Shown one piece after another: positions 8,782 to 17,186 of a stretch of DNA of 36,092 bases. The DNA lies in contig JBBRNJ010000085.1 of NCBI GenBank assembly GCA_038230375.1, positions 1 to 36,092 on the forward strand, written 5' to 3'. The notes under the pieces are model-generated. The model was not told the DNA's origin. It worked only from the letters and a program-made list of their open reading frames with translations, and made no database searches. The stretch comes from Polyangiales bacterium (GTDB taxonomy: Bacteria > Myxococcota_A > Polyangia > Polyangiales > Polyangiaceae). Positions within the stretch are counted from its first letter, which is position 1, and the number at the start of each line of letters is the position of its first letter. Made by a program: the position numbers and the translations under genes.

Positions 8782-9651
8782 CTACGAGGAGAGGACGCGA
8801 AGCGAGCGCCCCTTCAGGAGCTCGTTGTGGCTGCCGGTGCGGTAGCCTTGGAGGTCGAGCGCGACGTACGAGAAGCCCTCCTTCTTGCCTGCGTCCACGA
8901 TCTCCTTGCGCAATACGAACGCGCGCTCGAGCTCGTCCTCTGCGATCTCCACGCGTGCGATCGAGCCCTCTGCGCCCACGGCCTTGTTGCCGACCTCGTG
9001 CCAGCGCACGCGGAGCTGACGGATCCCCATGTTGTGAATCGCGTCTTCCAGACGACCGATCTGATCGAGCCGCTCGCGTGTGACGCGCGTGCCGTATGGA
9101 AGGCGCGACGAGAGGCATGCGGATGCGGGCTTGTCCCAGATGGGCATGCCGAGCAGGTGCGCAAGGCGGCGCACGTCGGTCTTGCCGATGTTGCATTCGA
9201 CGAGCGGGCTGCGCGCGCCCGCATCCTTCGCGGCCTCGAGGCCTGGGCGATAGTCGCCAAGGTCGTCCGTGTTGGTCCCGTTCAGGACCGCTCCGAGGCC
9301 CCACTCGCGCTGCTTCTTTTCGGCAATGCGATAGAGCTCGCTCTTGCAGTAGAAGCAACGGCGGTCGTCGTTCTTCGCGTAGTTCTCGTCCTCGATCTCG
9401 CTCGATTCGACGAGCTCGTGGCGTGCGCCCAGCTCCTTCGCGACGCGGATGGCGCCGTCGCGCTCGAACGAGGCGAGGCTCGGGCTCACGGCGGTCATGC
9501 CGATCGCCTTGTCGCCCAGCGCACGATGCGCGATGGCGAGGACGAGCGCGCTGTCGATGCCGCCGGAGTAGCAGACGAGCACGGAGCCCATGCCGGCAAT
9601 GAGCTGGGTCAACGCTTCGAGCTGCGGATCGTGGGGAACGGGCTGGGCCAT
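8782..9651 (-). CDS. larE: LarE-family ATP-dependent sulfur transferase (PP-loop)
   Basis: Start moved to ATG 9651; motifs YSGGIDS, RCFYCK, GTNTDDLGDYRPG, WDKPASACLSSR, DLQGYRTGS. Confidence 0.9.
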   Translation of the reverse strand: MAQPVPHDPQLEALTQLIAGMGSVLVCYSGGIDSALVLAIAHRALGDKAIGMTAVSPSLASFERDGAIRVAKELGARHELVESSEIEDENYAKNDDRRCFYCKSELYRIAEKKQREWGLGAVLNGTNTDDLGDYRPGLEAAKDAGARSPLVECNIGKTDVRRLAHLLGMPIWDKPASACLSSRLPYGTRVTRERLDQIGRLEDAIHNMGIRQLRVRWHEVGNKAVGAEGSIARVEIAEDELERAFVLRKEIVDAGKKEGFSYVALDLQGYRTGSHNELLKGRSLRVLSS

Positions 9652-9689
9652 GTTGGCTCTCTCATTCTTAGCGCATGTCGAAGTCAGGG

Positions 9690-9725
9690 TTGCATCGGCA
9701 CCGAGTACTGGTATTATGTTCAGTA
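9690..9725 (+). promoter_or_regulatory. imuA promoter with overlapping putative LexA (SOS) operator
   Basis: TTGCAT (9690-9695), extended -10 TG-G-TATTAT (9709-9717), and inverted repeat TACTG-GTATTATGTT-CAGTA (9706-9725) containing GTTCAG. Confidence 0.75.
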
Positions 9726-10390
9726 TGTCGGCGCTCCCCGTTTCCCTCGAGTCCGTGCTCCGTACCGCCCGTGTCGTGCGCGGCATCGAGGCCCGCGAAA
9801 AAGATGTACTCTGCACGCATTGGGAAGAGCTCGACGGCGCGCTACCGGATGGCGGCTTTCCCAGGGGCCTTGTGGAGCTCACGGCTCCGAACGGGCTCGG
9901 TGGCAGCGTGAGCATCGCGCTCTCTGCCATCGCCGCGCTCCACGCCTCGCATCCAGATGCGCACGCCGCGTGGCTCGAGTCACCGGAGGCGTGCCTCTCC
10001 GCGCCTGCAGCGCTCGAGCGCAAGATCGATCTCTCGCGCCTCTTCGTGGTCCGCGCAGATCGTGATGGCCGTGACGGGCGCGCTGGGCGTGACGGAGTCC
10101 AAGGTGGGCAGCTCTCTCGCGCCGCCGTGAAGGTCGTGGAGAGCGGTGCGTTCGGCGTGGTCTGCGTCAGGGGCGCGCGCTTCTCCGAGCGTGAGGCGCG
10201 TCGCGTGCAGCTCGCCGCGGAGGAGAGCTCCTGCGTGGTGTTTGCGCTCGTGGACTCGTACGAGTCGCACGCGCCGTGGCCGTCCGTGCTGCGGCTCTCA
10301 CTCACGCGCGCGCCCGCCGCCATTCACGTGCACGTCGTCCGTGAGCGCCGCGGCCGCGTGGGTCAGCGCGCCACGCTTCGAGCGGCCTGA
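9725..10390 (+). CDS. imuA: ImuA-like RecA-fold accessory protein
   Basis: THWEELDGALPDGGFPRGLVEL, degenerate Walker A lacking GKT, IDLSRLFVVR, VESGAFGVV; first gene before imuB-dnaE2. Start at 9725 or 9716. Confidence 0.8.
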   Translation: MSALPVSLESVLRTARVVRGIEAREKDVLCTHWEELDGALPDGGFPRGLVELTAPNGLGGSVSIALSAIAALHASHPDAHAAWLESPEACLSAPAALERKIDLSRLFVVRADRDGRDGRAGRDGVQGGQLSRAAVKVVESGAFGVVCVRGARFSEREARRVQLAAEESSCVVFALVDSYESHAPWPSVLRLSLTRAPAAIHVHVVRERRGRVGQRATLRAA

Positions 10391-10398
10391 GGTTCAGT

Positions 10399-11880
10399 AT
10401 GAGAGCGCTGGCCATTGTCTGGGACGCCGCGACAACAACGAGCCCCGCTGAAACCGACAGGTCTGAAGCGTCCGAAGCTTCATCGGTCAATCACGTGCAG
10501 TGTGCACGCATCGCGGAGGCCTGCTTCCACCTCGGAACGACGGCAGCTCTCTATCCAGCCGGCCCAACGAGCAACTCGACAAGCTCTGGCCGGGACTCAA
10601 CGAGCACCTGGTCGGCCGTGTGTCTGGACGTGACCGGCTGCGCGCGCCTCTTCGGCAAGACAATGGAGGAGGGGGAGCGCGCGATGGTGGCGGAGGCAGG
10701 GAGCCTTGCGTCGGAGCTCTCCGGAGAGCCCGGGCGCGTGCATGTGGTGATCGCGGACGGGCCGCGCATCGCGCTTGCCGTTGCAGCGTTCGGGAAGGGC
10801 GCAGCGTTCGGGGAGGGCGCAGCGTTCGGGAGTGGCGCTGGCGGAGGCGCTCGCGTGGTCGTGCCGCCGGGGGAGGCGCGGCTCGCCATGTCGCGTCTTC
10901 CCATCGCCAGCCTGCCGCTGCCGCTTCCCACGCGCGCGTGGCTCTCGCGGCTCGGGATCTCGCGTGTGTCGGAGCTCTGCGCGTTGCCCCGCAAGGAGCT
11001 CGGTAGTCGGCTCGGCGCGGCGGAGAAGGACGTCTTCTCGCTCGCGGAGGGGGACGATCGCGCGCCGCTCGTACCCTACGTGCCGCCGGCCACTCCGGAA
11101 GAGACCGTGGAGCTGGACGTGGGGATCGATTCACACGAGGCGCTCGCGTTCGTGCTGAAGACGCTCACGGCGCGCATGAGCAGCAGGCTCGCAGGCCGTG
11201 GCGTGGCTGTGTCCAGGATGGAGGTCGTGCTCTCGCTCGACGTTGCGGCGCTCACGGGAAAGCGCGGTGAGCGTGTGCGCGCAGAAGGTCGCCGCCGCGA
11301 GGACCACACGGAGGTGGTGGTGCTGCCGGCGCCGCTCGCGAGCGAGAAGGATCTCTTCGTGGTGCTCCGCGCAAAGATGGAGCGCGTGACCTTGGCAGCG
11401 CCTGTTCGTGGCGTCACCTTGCGCGTGACGGAGCTCTCGGACAAGCCAGCGCGCGCGCTGTCGCTCTTCTCCGCGCTCCCCAGGGCCGAAGGCGTGCTCG
11501 CGCGGCTTGCCGGTGAGCTCTCTGTCGAGGGATGCGCCGTGGGAGAGCTTGGCCTTGCGGACACGTGGGATCCCGCACAGCGCTCCCAGCTCTTGCCGCT
11601 GGGGAGCGCCCGGAACAGCCGGAAGAAGAAGCCAGAGGTGGCGAGCCCGTTCGACCCCGCGCCAGAGCCCACATTGCTCCTCGCGGAGGACTGCGCGATC
11701 GCCATTGATAGAAGAGAGATGAAGCCCGTGCGATTCCTGTCGCGCGTGGAGCAGCTCCAGTGGTGGCAGGGTGAGCGCGTGGCATTCGATCGCGTGATGG
11801 GTCGCGTGGGCGACAGGCTCGCGTGCGTGGTGATCCACCGCGCCACGGGCCAGGCCGAGATCACCGGCTTCTTCGATTGA
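10399..11880 (+). CDS. imuB: ImuB, inactive Y-family polymerase homolog
   Basis: CLDVTGCARLFG, LPIASLPL..LSRLGI, little-finger-like region, LSLF clamp-type motif, EQLQWW C-terminal segment; lies between imuA and dnaE2. Confidence 0.82.
   Translation: MRALAIVWDAATTTSPAETDRSEASEASSVNHVQCARIAEACFHLGTTAALYPAGPTSNSTSSGRDSTSTWSAVCLDVTGCARLFGKTMEEGERAMVAEAGSLASELSGEPGRVHVVIADGPRIALAVAAFGKGAAFGEGAAFGSGAGGGARVVVPPGEARLAMSRLPIASLPLPLPTRAWLSRLGISRVSELCALPRKELGSRLGAAEKDVFSLAEGDDRAPLVPYVPPATPEETVELDVGIDSHEALAFVLKTLTARMSSRLAGRGVAVSRMEVVLSLDVAALTGKRGERVRAEGRRREDHTEVVVLPAPLASEKDLFVVLRAKMERVTLAAPVRGVTLRVTELSDKPARALSLFSALPRAEGVLARLAGELSVEGCAVGELGLADTWDPAQRSQLLPLGSARNSRKKKPEVASPFDPAPEPTLLLAEDCAIAIDRREMKPVRFLSRVEQLQWWQGERVAFDRVMGRVGDRLACVVIHRATGQAEITGFFD
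10783..10836 (+). repeat. 18-bp tandem repeat x3 inside imuB (AAFGKG AAFGEG AAFGSG)
   Basis: GCAGCGTTCGGGAAGGGC / GCAGCGTTCGGGGAGGGC / GCAGCGTTCGGGAGTGGC. Confidence 0.9.
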
Positions 11881-11906
11881 GCCGCATCCCGAGCAGACCC
11901 TGACCC

Positions 11907-14900
11907 ATGACAACCGAGATCCACGGCATTCACGGCATCATCCACGATGTCATCGAACGGCGTCGCGAGAAGGGCTTCGTGGAGCTCTGCGCGCGCACGA
12001 ACTTCAGCTTCCTCGCGGGCGCGAGCACCCCCGAGAAGCTCATCGCGCGCGCGAAGTCGCTTGGCTACGGCGCGCTCGGCATTGCGGACGTCCATGGGCT
12101 CTACGGCATCGTGCGCGCGCAGGAAGAGGCGAAGAAGGCTGGGCTCGCGCTCGTGGTGGGCACGGAGGTGTGGACGCGGGACCTTCCGGATGCGCAGGAC
12201 AGAAAAGAGAGCGCGCCGGACCACACGGAGCGGCGCATCACGCTCCATGTGCAGAACCATGCAGGATACATGAATCTGTGTCGCATCCTGACCATGGCCC
12301 ACGCGCGCCGCCCGCGCGACGATCGCTCGCTTGCGCGCGGTACGCTGGCGGAGATCTGCGCGCACGCGGACGGGCTCTTCGCCACGCTGCATGCGCCTTA
12401 TGACGACGTGGCCGTGCGCGCGCTCAAGGCCGCATACGGCCGCCGGCTGAGCCTGGCCGTGCGTGCCCACAAGGACGGCGAGGACCGCGCTCGTATCGCC
12501 CTGGCGCAGCGCTTCGAGCGCACCTACGCCGTGGCCGTCCTTGCAACGAACGACGTGCGCTTCGCGACGCCAGAGGAGAAGCCCGTGCTGGACGTCCTGT
12601 CCTGTATCCGGGAGGGCGTGACGCTGGAGAAGGCGGGCCGCATGCTGCTCTCCAACGCAGAGGCGCATCTGCGTGCACCGGAGGACATGGCGAAGCTCTT
12701 CTCCATGAACGAGTCATGGCTCTCGCGCAGCCGTGTGATCGCCGACGCGTGCACGTTCTCGCTCTCCGAGCTGCGCTACAAGTTCCCCTGCGAGATCTCC
12801 GAGGAGGTCGCGCGCGCATCGGCGGCGGAGCCACGCGGCAAGACAGCGGCGGATCGCGCGCTTCGCTACCTGGTGCGAGAGGGGGAGAAGCGGCGCTACC
12901 ACGCAGGCGTACCGGACGCGGTGCGCGCGCAGATCGAGAAGGAGCTCGGCGTCATCGAGCGGCTGGACGTCGCGTCCTACTTCCTGTCCGTCTACGAGAT
13001 CGTGGAGATCGCCCGCGCGCGCGACATCCTCTGCCAGGGCCGCGGCAGCGCGGCCAACAGCGCGGTCTGCTACTGCCTTGGCATCACGGCGGTGGATCCG
13101 TCGCGGTCCAGCCTGCTCTTCGAGCGCTTCCTCTCCGAGGAGCGCGCGGAGCCGCCCGACATCGACGTGGACTTCGAGCACGAGCGCCGCGAGGAGGTGA
13201 TCCAGGAGATCTACCGCCGCTACGGGCGCGACCGCGCGGCCATGGCCAGCGAGGTCATCTCCTATCGCGGAAAATCGGCGCTGCGCGAGGTCGCGAAGGT
13301 GTTCGGTTACTCGGACGACGACGCCACGACGCTCTCCGGCATCGTCACGTGGCACGACTCCATCCATGCCGTGGACGAGAAGCGCCTCACGGACGCCGGC
13401 TTCGCGCTCCGCAGTGAGCCGCATGCCTCGCGCTTGCCAATGGTCATGCGCATGGCGTCTGCCATCCAGGGCTTCCCGCGCCACCTCTCCATCCACGTGG
13501 GCGGCTTCGTGCTCTCCGCGGAGCCGCTGGATCGCATCGCGCCGGTGGAGCCCGCGACCATGGAGGGCCGCACGATCATCCCCTGGGACAAGGACGATCT
13601 CGACACGCTCGGCTTCTTCAAGGTGGACGTGCTCGCGCTCGGAATGCTCACGGCCATCCGCAAGGCGCTCGACTTCGTGAAGGAGGACAAGCGCATCTTC
13701 TCCACGGATGCCATTGGCCGGCTCGCGCGCATCCCCGCGGAGGATCCGGTGGTCTACGACGCGCTCTGTCGCGCGGACACCGTTGGCGTCTTCCAGATAG
13801 AGAGCCGCGCGCAGATGGCCATGCTCCCTCGCTTGCGCCCGAGGAGCTTCTACGACCTCGTGATCGAGGTCGCGATCGTGCGTCCCGGGCCCATCCAGGG
13901 CGGCATGGTGCATCCGTATCTTCGTCGTCGCAACGGCGAGGAGAGCGCGGTGCCGCCTCACCCGATCCTCACGCCCATCCTGGAGCGCACGCTCGGCGTA
14001 CCGCTCTTCCAGGAGCAGGTGATGCAGATCGCGATCACGGGCGCGGGCTACTCCGGTGGCGAGGCGGATCAGCTGCGCCGCGACATGGCAGCGTGGCGCA
14101 AGAACGGCAATCTCGCGCGCCACCGGGATCGCCTCATGAGCGGCTTCCGCGAGCGCGGCATCTCCGAGGCGTTCGGGGAGAAGCTCTACGCGCAGATCCA
14201 GGGCTTCGGCGAGTACGGCTTCCCGGAGAGCCACGCAGCAAGCTTCGCGCTCCTCGTCTACGCGAGCTCGTGGCTCAAGATCCACAAGCCAGCGGCGTTC
14301 GCAGCAGCGCTGGTCAACAGCCAGCCGATGGGCTTCTACTCACCATCCACGCTCCTGCAAGATGCGCAGCGCCACGGCGCAATCGTCCACCCACTCGACG
14401 TCACGCAGAGCGACTGGGACCTCACCCTCATCCCATCCTCGTTCGGTAGCGCAACGCCGGAGCAGGATTGGAACGACATCCGTCTTGGCCTGCGCATGGT
14501 GAAGAACCTGGAAGAGGACGCGGGTCGCCGCATCGAGGCCGCGCGAAAAACTGCGCCGTTCACGTCCGTGGAGGACATGCGCGCGCGCGCCGATCTCGAC
14601 AAGCGCGCGCTCACCGCACTCGCGGAGTCGGGCGCGCTCGACGCGCTCACGAACGGCCGTCGTGAGGCGCTTTGGGACGTCGTGGCACCGCGCGAGACGG
14701 GGCTCTTCCGCGGCCTCCCCATGGACGAAGAGCGTCCTGCGCTCGCGCCGCTCACAACGAGAGAGCAGCTCGTGTTCGACTACGAGAGCACCGGCGTGTC
14801 CGTCGCGGATCATCCAATGCGGCACGTGCGTCCGTCACTCCAGAAGAAGCTCGGACGTGGCGCACGCCTCCTGCGCACGTCGAAGGACGTGGGTGAGGTG

Positions 14901-15188
14901 AAGCACAAATCGAACGTCGTCGTGGCGGGCCTGGTCATCTGCCGTCAGCGGCCCATGACGGCGAGCGGTGTCGTCTTCATGACTCTGGAGGACGAGTGGG
15001 GCTTCCTGAACCTGGTCCTGTGGGAACGTGTATTTTCCCAGTATCGCCACGTGGCCACGTCGTCCGGGCTTCTCATGGTGCGGGGCAAGGTCGAGAAAGC
15101 AGCGGGCGTGCTGCACGTCATCTGCGATTCGCTGGAGCCGCTGGGGCTCGAGCGGGAGCTCCCATCGATGAGCCGGGATTTTCACTGA
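11907..15188 (+). CDS. dnaE2: Error-prone DNA polymerase DnaE2 (ImuC)
   Basis: PHP start FVELCARTNFSFL, GRGSAANS, PPDIDVDF, GVFQIESRAQM, YGFPESH, OB-fold tail and diagnostic C-terminal SRDFH. Confidence 0.96.
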   Translation: MTTEIHGIHGIIHDVIERRREKGFVELCARTNFSFLAGASTPEKLIARAKSLGYGALGIADVHGLYGIVRAQEEAKKAGLALVVGTEVWTRDLPDAQDRKESAPDHTERRITLHVQNHAGYMNLCRILTMAHARRPRDDRSLARGTLAEICAHADGLFATLHAPYDDVAVRALKAAYGRRLSLAVRAHKDGEDRARIALAQRFERTYAVAVLATNDVRFATPEEKPVLDVLSCIREGVTLEKAGRMLLSNAEAHLRAPEDMAKLFSMNESWLSRSRVIADACTFSLSELRYKFPCEISEEVARASAAEPRGKTAADRALRYLVREGEKRRYHAGVPDAVRAQIEKELGVIERLDVASYFLSVYEIVEIARARDILCQGRGSAANSAVCYCLGITAVDPSRSSLLFERFLSEERAEPPDIDVDFEHERREEVIQEIYRRYGRDRAAMASEVISYRGKSALREVAKVFGYSDDDATTLSGIVTWHDSIHAVDEKRLTDAGFALRSEPHASRLPMVMRMASAIQGFPRHLSIHVGGFVLSAEPLDRIAPVEPATMEGRTIIPWDKDDLDTLGFFKVDVLALGMLTAIRKALDFVKEDKRIFSTDAIGRLARIPAEDPVVYDALCRADTVGVFQIESRAQMAMLPRLRPRSFYDLVIEVAIVRPGPIQGGMVHPYLRRRNGEESAVPPHPILTPILERTLGVPLFQEQVMQIAITGAGYSGGEADQLRRDMAAWRKNGNLARHRDRLMSGFRERGISEAFGEKLYAQIQGFGEYGFPESHAASFALLVYASSWLKIHKPAAFAAALVNSQPMGFYSPSTLLQDAQRHGAIVHPLDVTQSDWDLTLIPSSFGSATPEQDWNDIRLGLRMVKNLEEDAGRRIEAARKTAPFTSVEDMRARADLDKRALTALAESGALDALTNGRREALWDVVAPRETGLFRGLPMDEERPALAPLTTREQLVFDYESTGVSVADHPMRHVRPSLQKKLGRGARLLRTSKDVGEVKHKSNVVVAGLVICRQRPMTASGVVFMTLEDEWGFLNLVLWERVFSQYRHVATSSGLLMVRGKVEKAAGVLHVICDSLEPLGLERELPSMSRDFH

Positions 15189-15195
15189 TTCGCGC

Positions 15196-15201
15196 TATAA
15201 T
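15196..15201 (+). promoter_or_regulatory. Consensus -10 element for the diguanylate cyclase gene
   Basis: Perfect TATAAT in a 25-bp AT-rich gap, 12 nt before GTG 15214. Confidence 0.55.
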
Positions 15202-15213
15202 GAGCTTAACTAG

Positions 15214-16224
15214 GTGCCCTCCGTAGACCCCCAGCGCGCGCTCATCCTCCTCTTGCGTCTCACGCAGGAGCTCACGCTCGACAAGCCGCTGGAGCACGCG
15301 CTGCAGGCCGTCACGGACGCCATCAAGGTGCTGCTTCCCGCGGATCACATCTCCATTCGCTTGCTCGATCAGAAGCGCGACGCGTTGCTGTCCGGTGCGC
15401 GCACGGGCACCGGCGTCGGCAATCGACCCATGGAGTTCCGGCGCGGCGAGGGCGTCATCGGATGGGTCGTCGAGCACGGCGAGAGTGTTCGCATCGGCAA
15501 GGTCCAGGACGATCCGCGCTTCGTTCGCCCCGACGATCAGAAGTTCCCGATCCAGTCGATCATGTGTGAGCCGCTCTTCTCCGGCGGCGAGGTGATCGGC
15601 GTGCTCGCGGCCACATCACCACACGAAGAGGCGTTCGGTGAGGACGACCAGCTCCTCCTGCGTCTGCTCGCAAACTGCTCGTCGCCGCCCATCGAGCGCG
15701 CGCGCCTCAAGCGCCTTGCCATGTTCGACGACCTCACCGGCGCGTTCAATCACCGCTACCTCTCTCCGCGTCTCCAGGAAGAGCTGGAGCGCGCGGGCCG
15801 CACCAATGGCGAGGTGAGCCTTCTTCTCCTCGACCTCGATCACTTCAAGAACGTGAACGACGCGCACGGCCACAAGGCCGGCGACAACGCGCTCAAGCAC
15901 TTCGCCGATCGCGTGCGCGCCAGCACCCGCCGCATCGACATCCTCGTGCGCCGCGGCGGCGAGGAGTTCGTCTTGATCATGCCCACGACCGGCATCACGC
16001 AGGCGCACTCCACCGCATCACGCATCCAGGAGAAGCTCGACAAGGAGATGATCGAGGTGCTCCCGGGCGTGCACATCCGGCAAACGGTCTCGATCGGTGT
16101 GGCCACGTGGGACAGCCGTGAGTCGCCCGAGCAGCTCGAGATGCGCGCCGACAAGGCGATGTACGAGGGCAAGCGGCAGGGCCGCAACCGTGTCGTCATC
16201 GCCGGGCAAGCAGGAATCGGCTGA
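15214..16224 (+). CDS. GAF-GGDEF diguanylate cyclase
   Basis: GAF (GEGVIGWV, DDPRF); DDLTGAFN, DLDHFKNVNDAHGH..GD, RxxD (RRID) five residues before GGEEF, ADKAMYEGK..GRN. Confidence 0.92.
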   Translation: MPSVDPQRALILLLRLTQELTLDKPLEHALQAVTDAIKVLLPADHISIRLLDQKRDALLSGARTGTGVGNRPMEFRRGEGVIGWVVEHGESVRIGKVQDDPRFVRPDDQKFPIQSIMCEPLFSGGEVIGVLAATSPHEEAFGEDDQLLLRLLANCSSPPIERARLKRLAMFDDLTGAFNHRYLSPRLQEELERAGRTNGEVSLLLLDLDHFKNVNDAHGHKAGDNALKHFADRVRASTRRIDILVRRGGEEFVLIMPTTGITQAHSTASRIQEKLDKEMIEVLPGVHIRQTVSIGVATWDSRESPEQLEMRADKAMYEGKRQGRNRVVIAGQAGIG

Positions 16225-16247
16225 TCAGGAGAAGCTGATCAGGAGAA
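16220..16247. repeat. Exact 14-bp tandem duplication at the junction of two convergent genes
   Basis: GCTGATCAGGAGAA at 16220-16233 and 16234-16247. Confidence 0.9.
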
Positions 16248-17174
16248 GGCTTGCCGGAGCCGCTCGCCGATGAACTCGATGGAGACGTCGGCCGAGCGAA
16301 GAAGACGCGTCATCATGATGTAGCCGTGCGTGACACCCGACACGCGGCGATGAGCCACGTCGTTGCCTGCCTGGTGGAGCGCCTCGGCGTAGGCGTCCCC
16401 TTCGTCTCGCAGCACGTCGTGCTCCGCGGTGAGCACGGTCGCAGGCGCCAGGTGCTTGAGTGAGCGCGCACGCGCTGGGCATGCGTACGGATTCGCGAGG
16501 TCCGCTTCGTTCGGGACGTACATGCGCCAGTACCACTGCATCCGCGCGCGCGTGAGGCCGTAGCCAACGGCGTGCTCCACGTAGGAGCGCGTGTCGAACG
16601 ACGGCTCCGTCACCGGGTAGATGAGACACTGCGCGGCGAGATCGGGGCCGCCCTGATCCCGCGCGCGCAACGCCACCGCCGCAGCCAGATTGCCGCCGGC
16701 GCTGTCTCCAGCCACGGCCATGCGATTGGGATCGATGTCGAGCTCGGCGGCGTTTTGTGTCGCCCAGCACGTGGCGTCGTAGGCGTCGTTCATGGCGGCG
16801 GGGAAGGGGTGCTCGGGCGCGAGCCGGTAGTCGACGGAGAGCACGGCCGCGTCCGCCGCGCGCGCGATCTGTCGCGCGAGAGTCTCGTGGGAGCGCGAGC
16901 TGCCAACGACCCACCCGCCTCCGTGGAAGAAGACGATGAGCGGTAGATGACCGGACCGCGGTCGGAAGAACCGCGCGCGAAGGTGCAGCGGCTCGAGCAT
17001 GAGCTCACGCTCCACGGCCATACGTGGCCCGTGGCCGAAGAAGAGCGGCGTGATCTTCTCGATCTCCTCCTCGAACGCTCTGCGCGCGAGGTACGGCGGT
17101 ACCGACTCGTACGGCTCCTCGGGACGGCGAGCTCCGAGCCACGCGAGCGCCGCCAAACGTGGGTCGAGCGTCAT
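16239..17174 (-). CDS. Alpha/beta hydrolase, HSL-family esterase/lipase
   Basis: HGGGW, DYRLAPEHPFP, GDSAGG, DVLRDEG, HGY. Confidence 0.93.
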   Translation of the reverse strand: MTLDPRLAALAWLGARRPEEPYESVPPYLARRAFEEEIEKITPLFFGHGPRMAVERELMLEPLHLRARFFRPRSGHLPLIVFFHGGGWVVGSSRSHETLARQIARAADAAVLSVDYRLAPEHPFPAAMNDAYDATCWATQNAAELDIDPNRMAVAGDSAGGNLAAAVALRARDQGGPDLAAQCLIYPVTEPSFDTRSYVEHAVGYGLTRARMQWYWRMYVPNEADLANPYACPARARSLKHLAPATVLTAEHDVLRDEGDAYAEALHQAGNDVAHRRVSGVTHGYIMMTRLLRSADVSIEFIGERLRQAFS

Positions 17175-17186
17175 GCCGCCTCTGTC

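Noticed and set aside
9652..10323. Apparent 224-aa N-terminal extension on LarE
   Set aside because: It is the antisense of imuA and its promoter; LarE similarity begins at ATG 9651.
9725..15188. imuA-imuB-dnaE2 as a novel system
   Set aside because: This is a well-described SOS mutagenesis cassette; only its regulation and the ImuB form are notable here.
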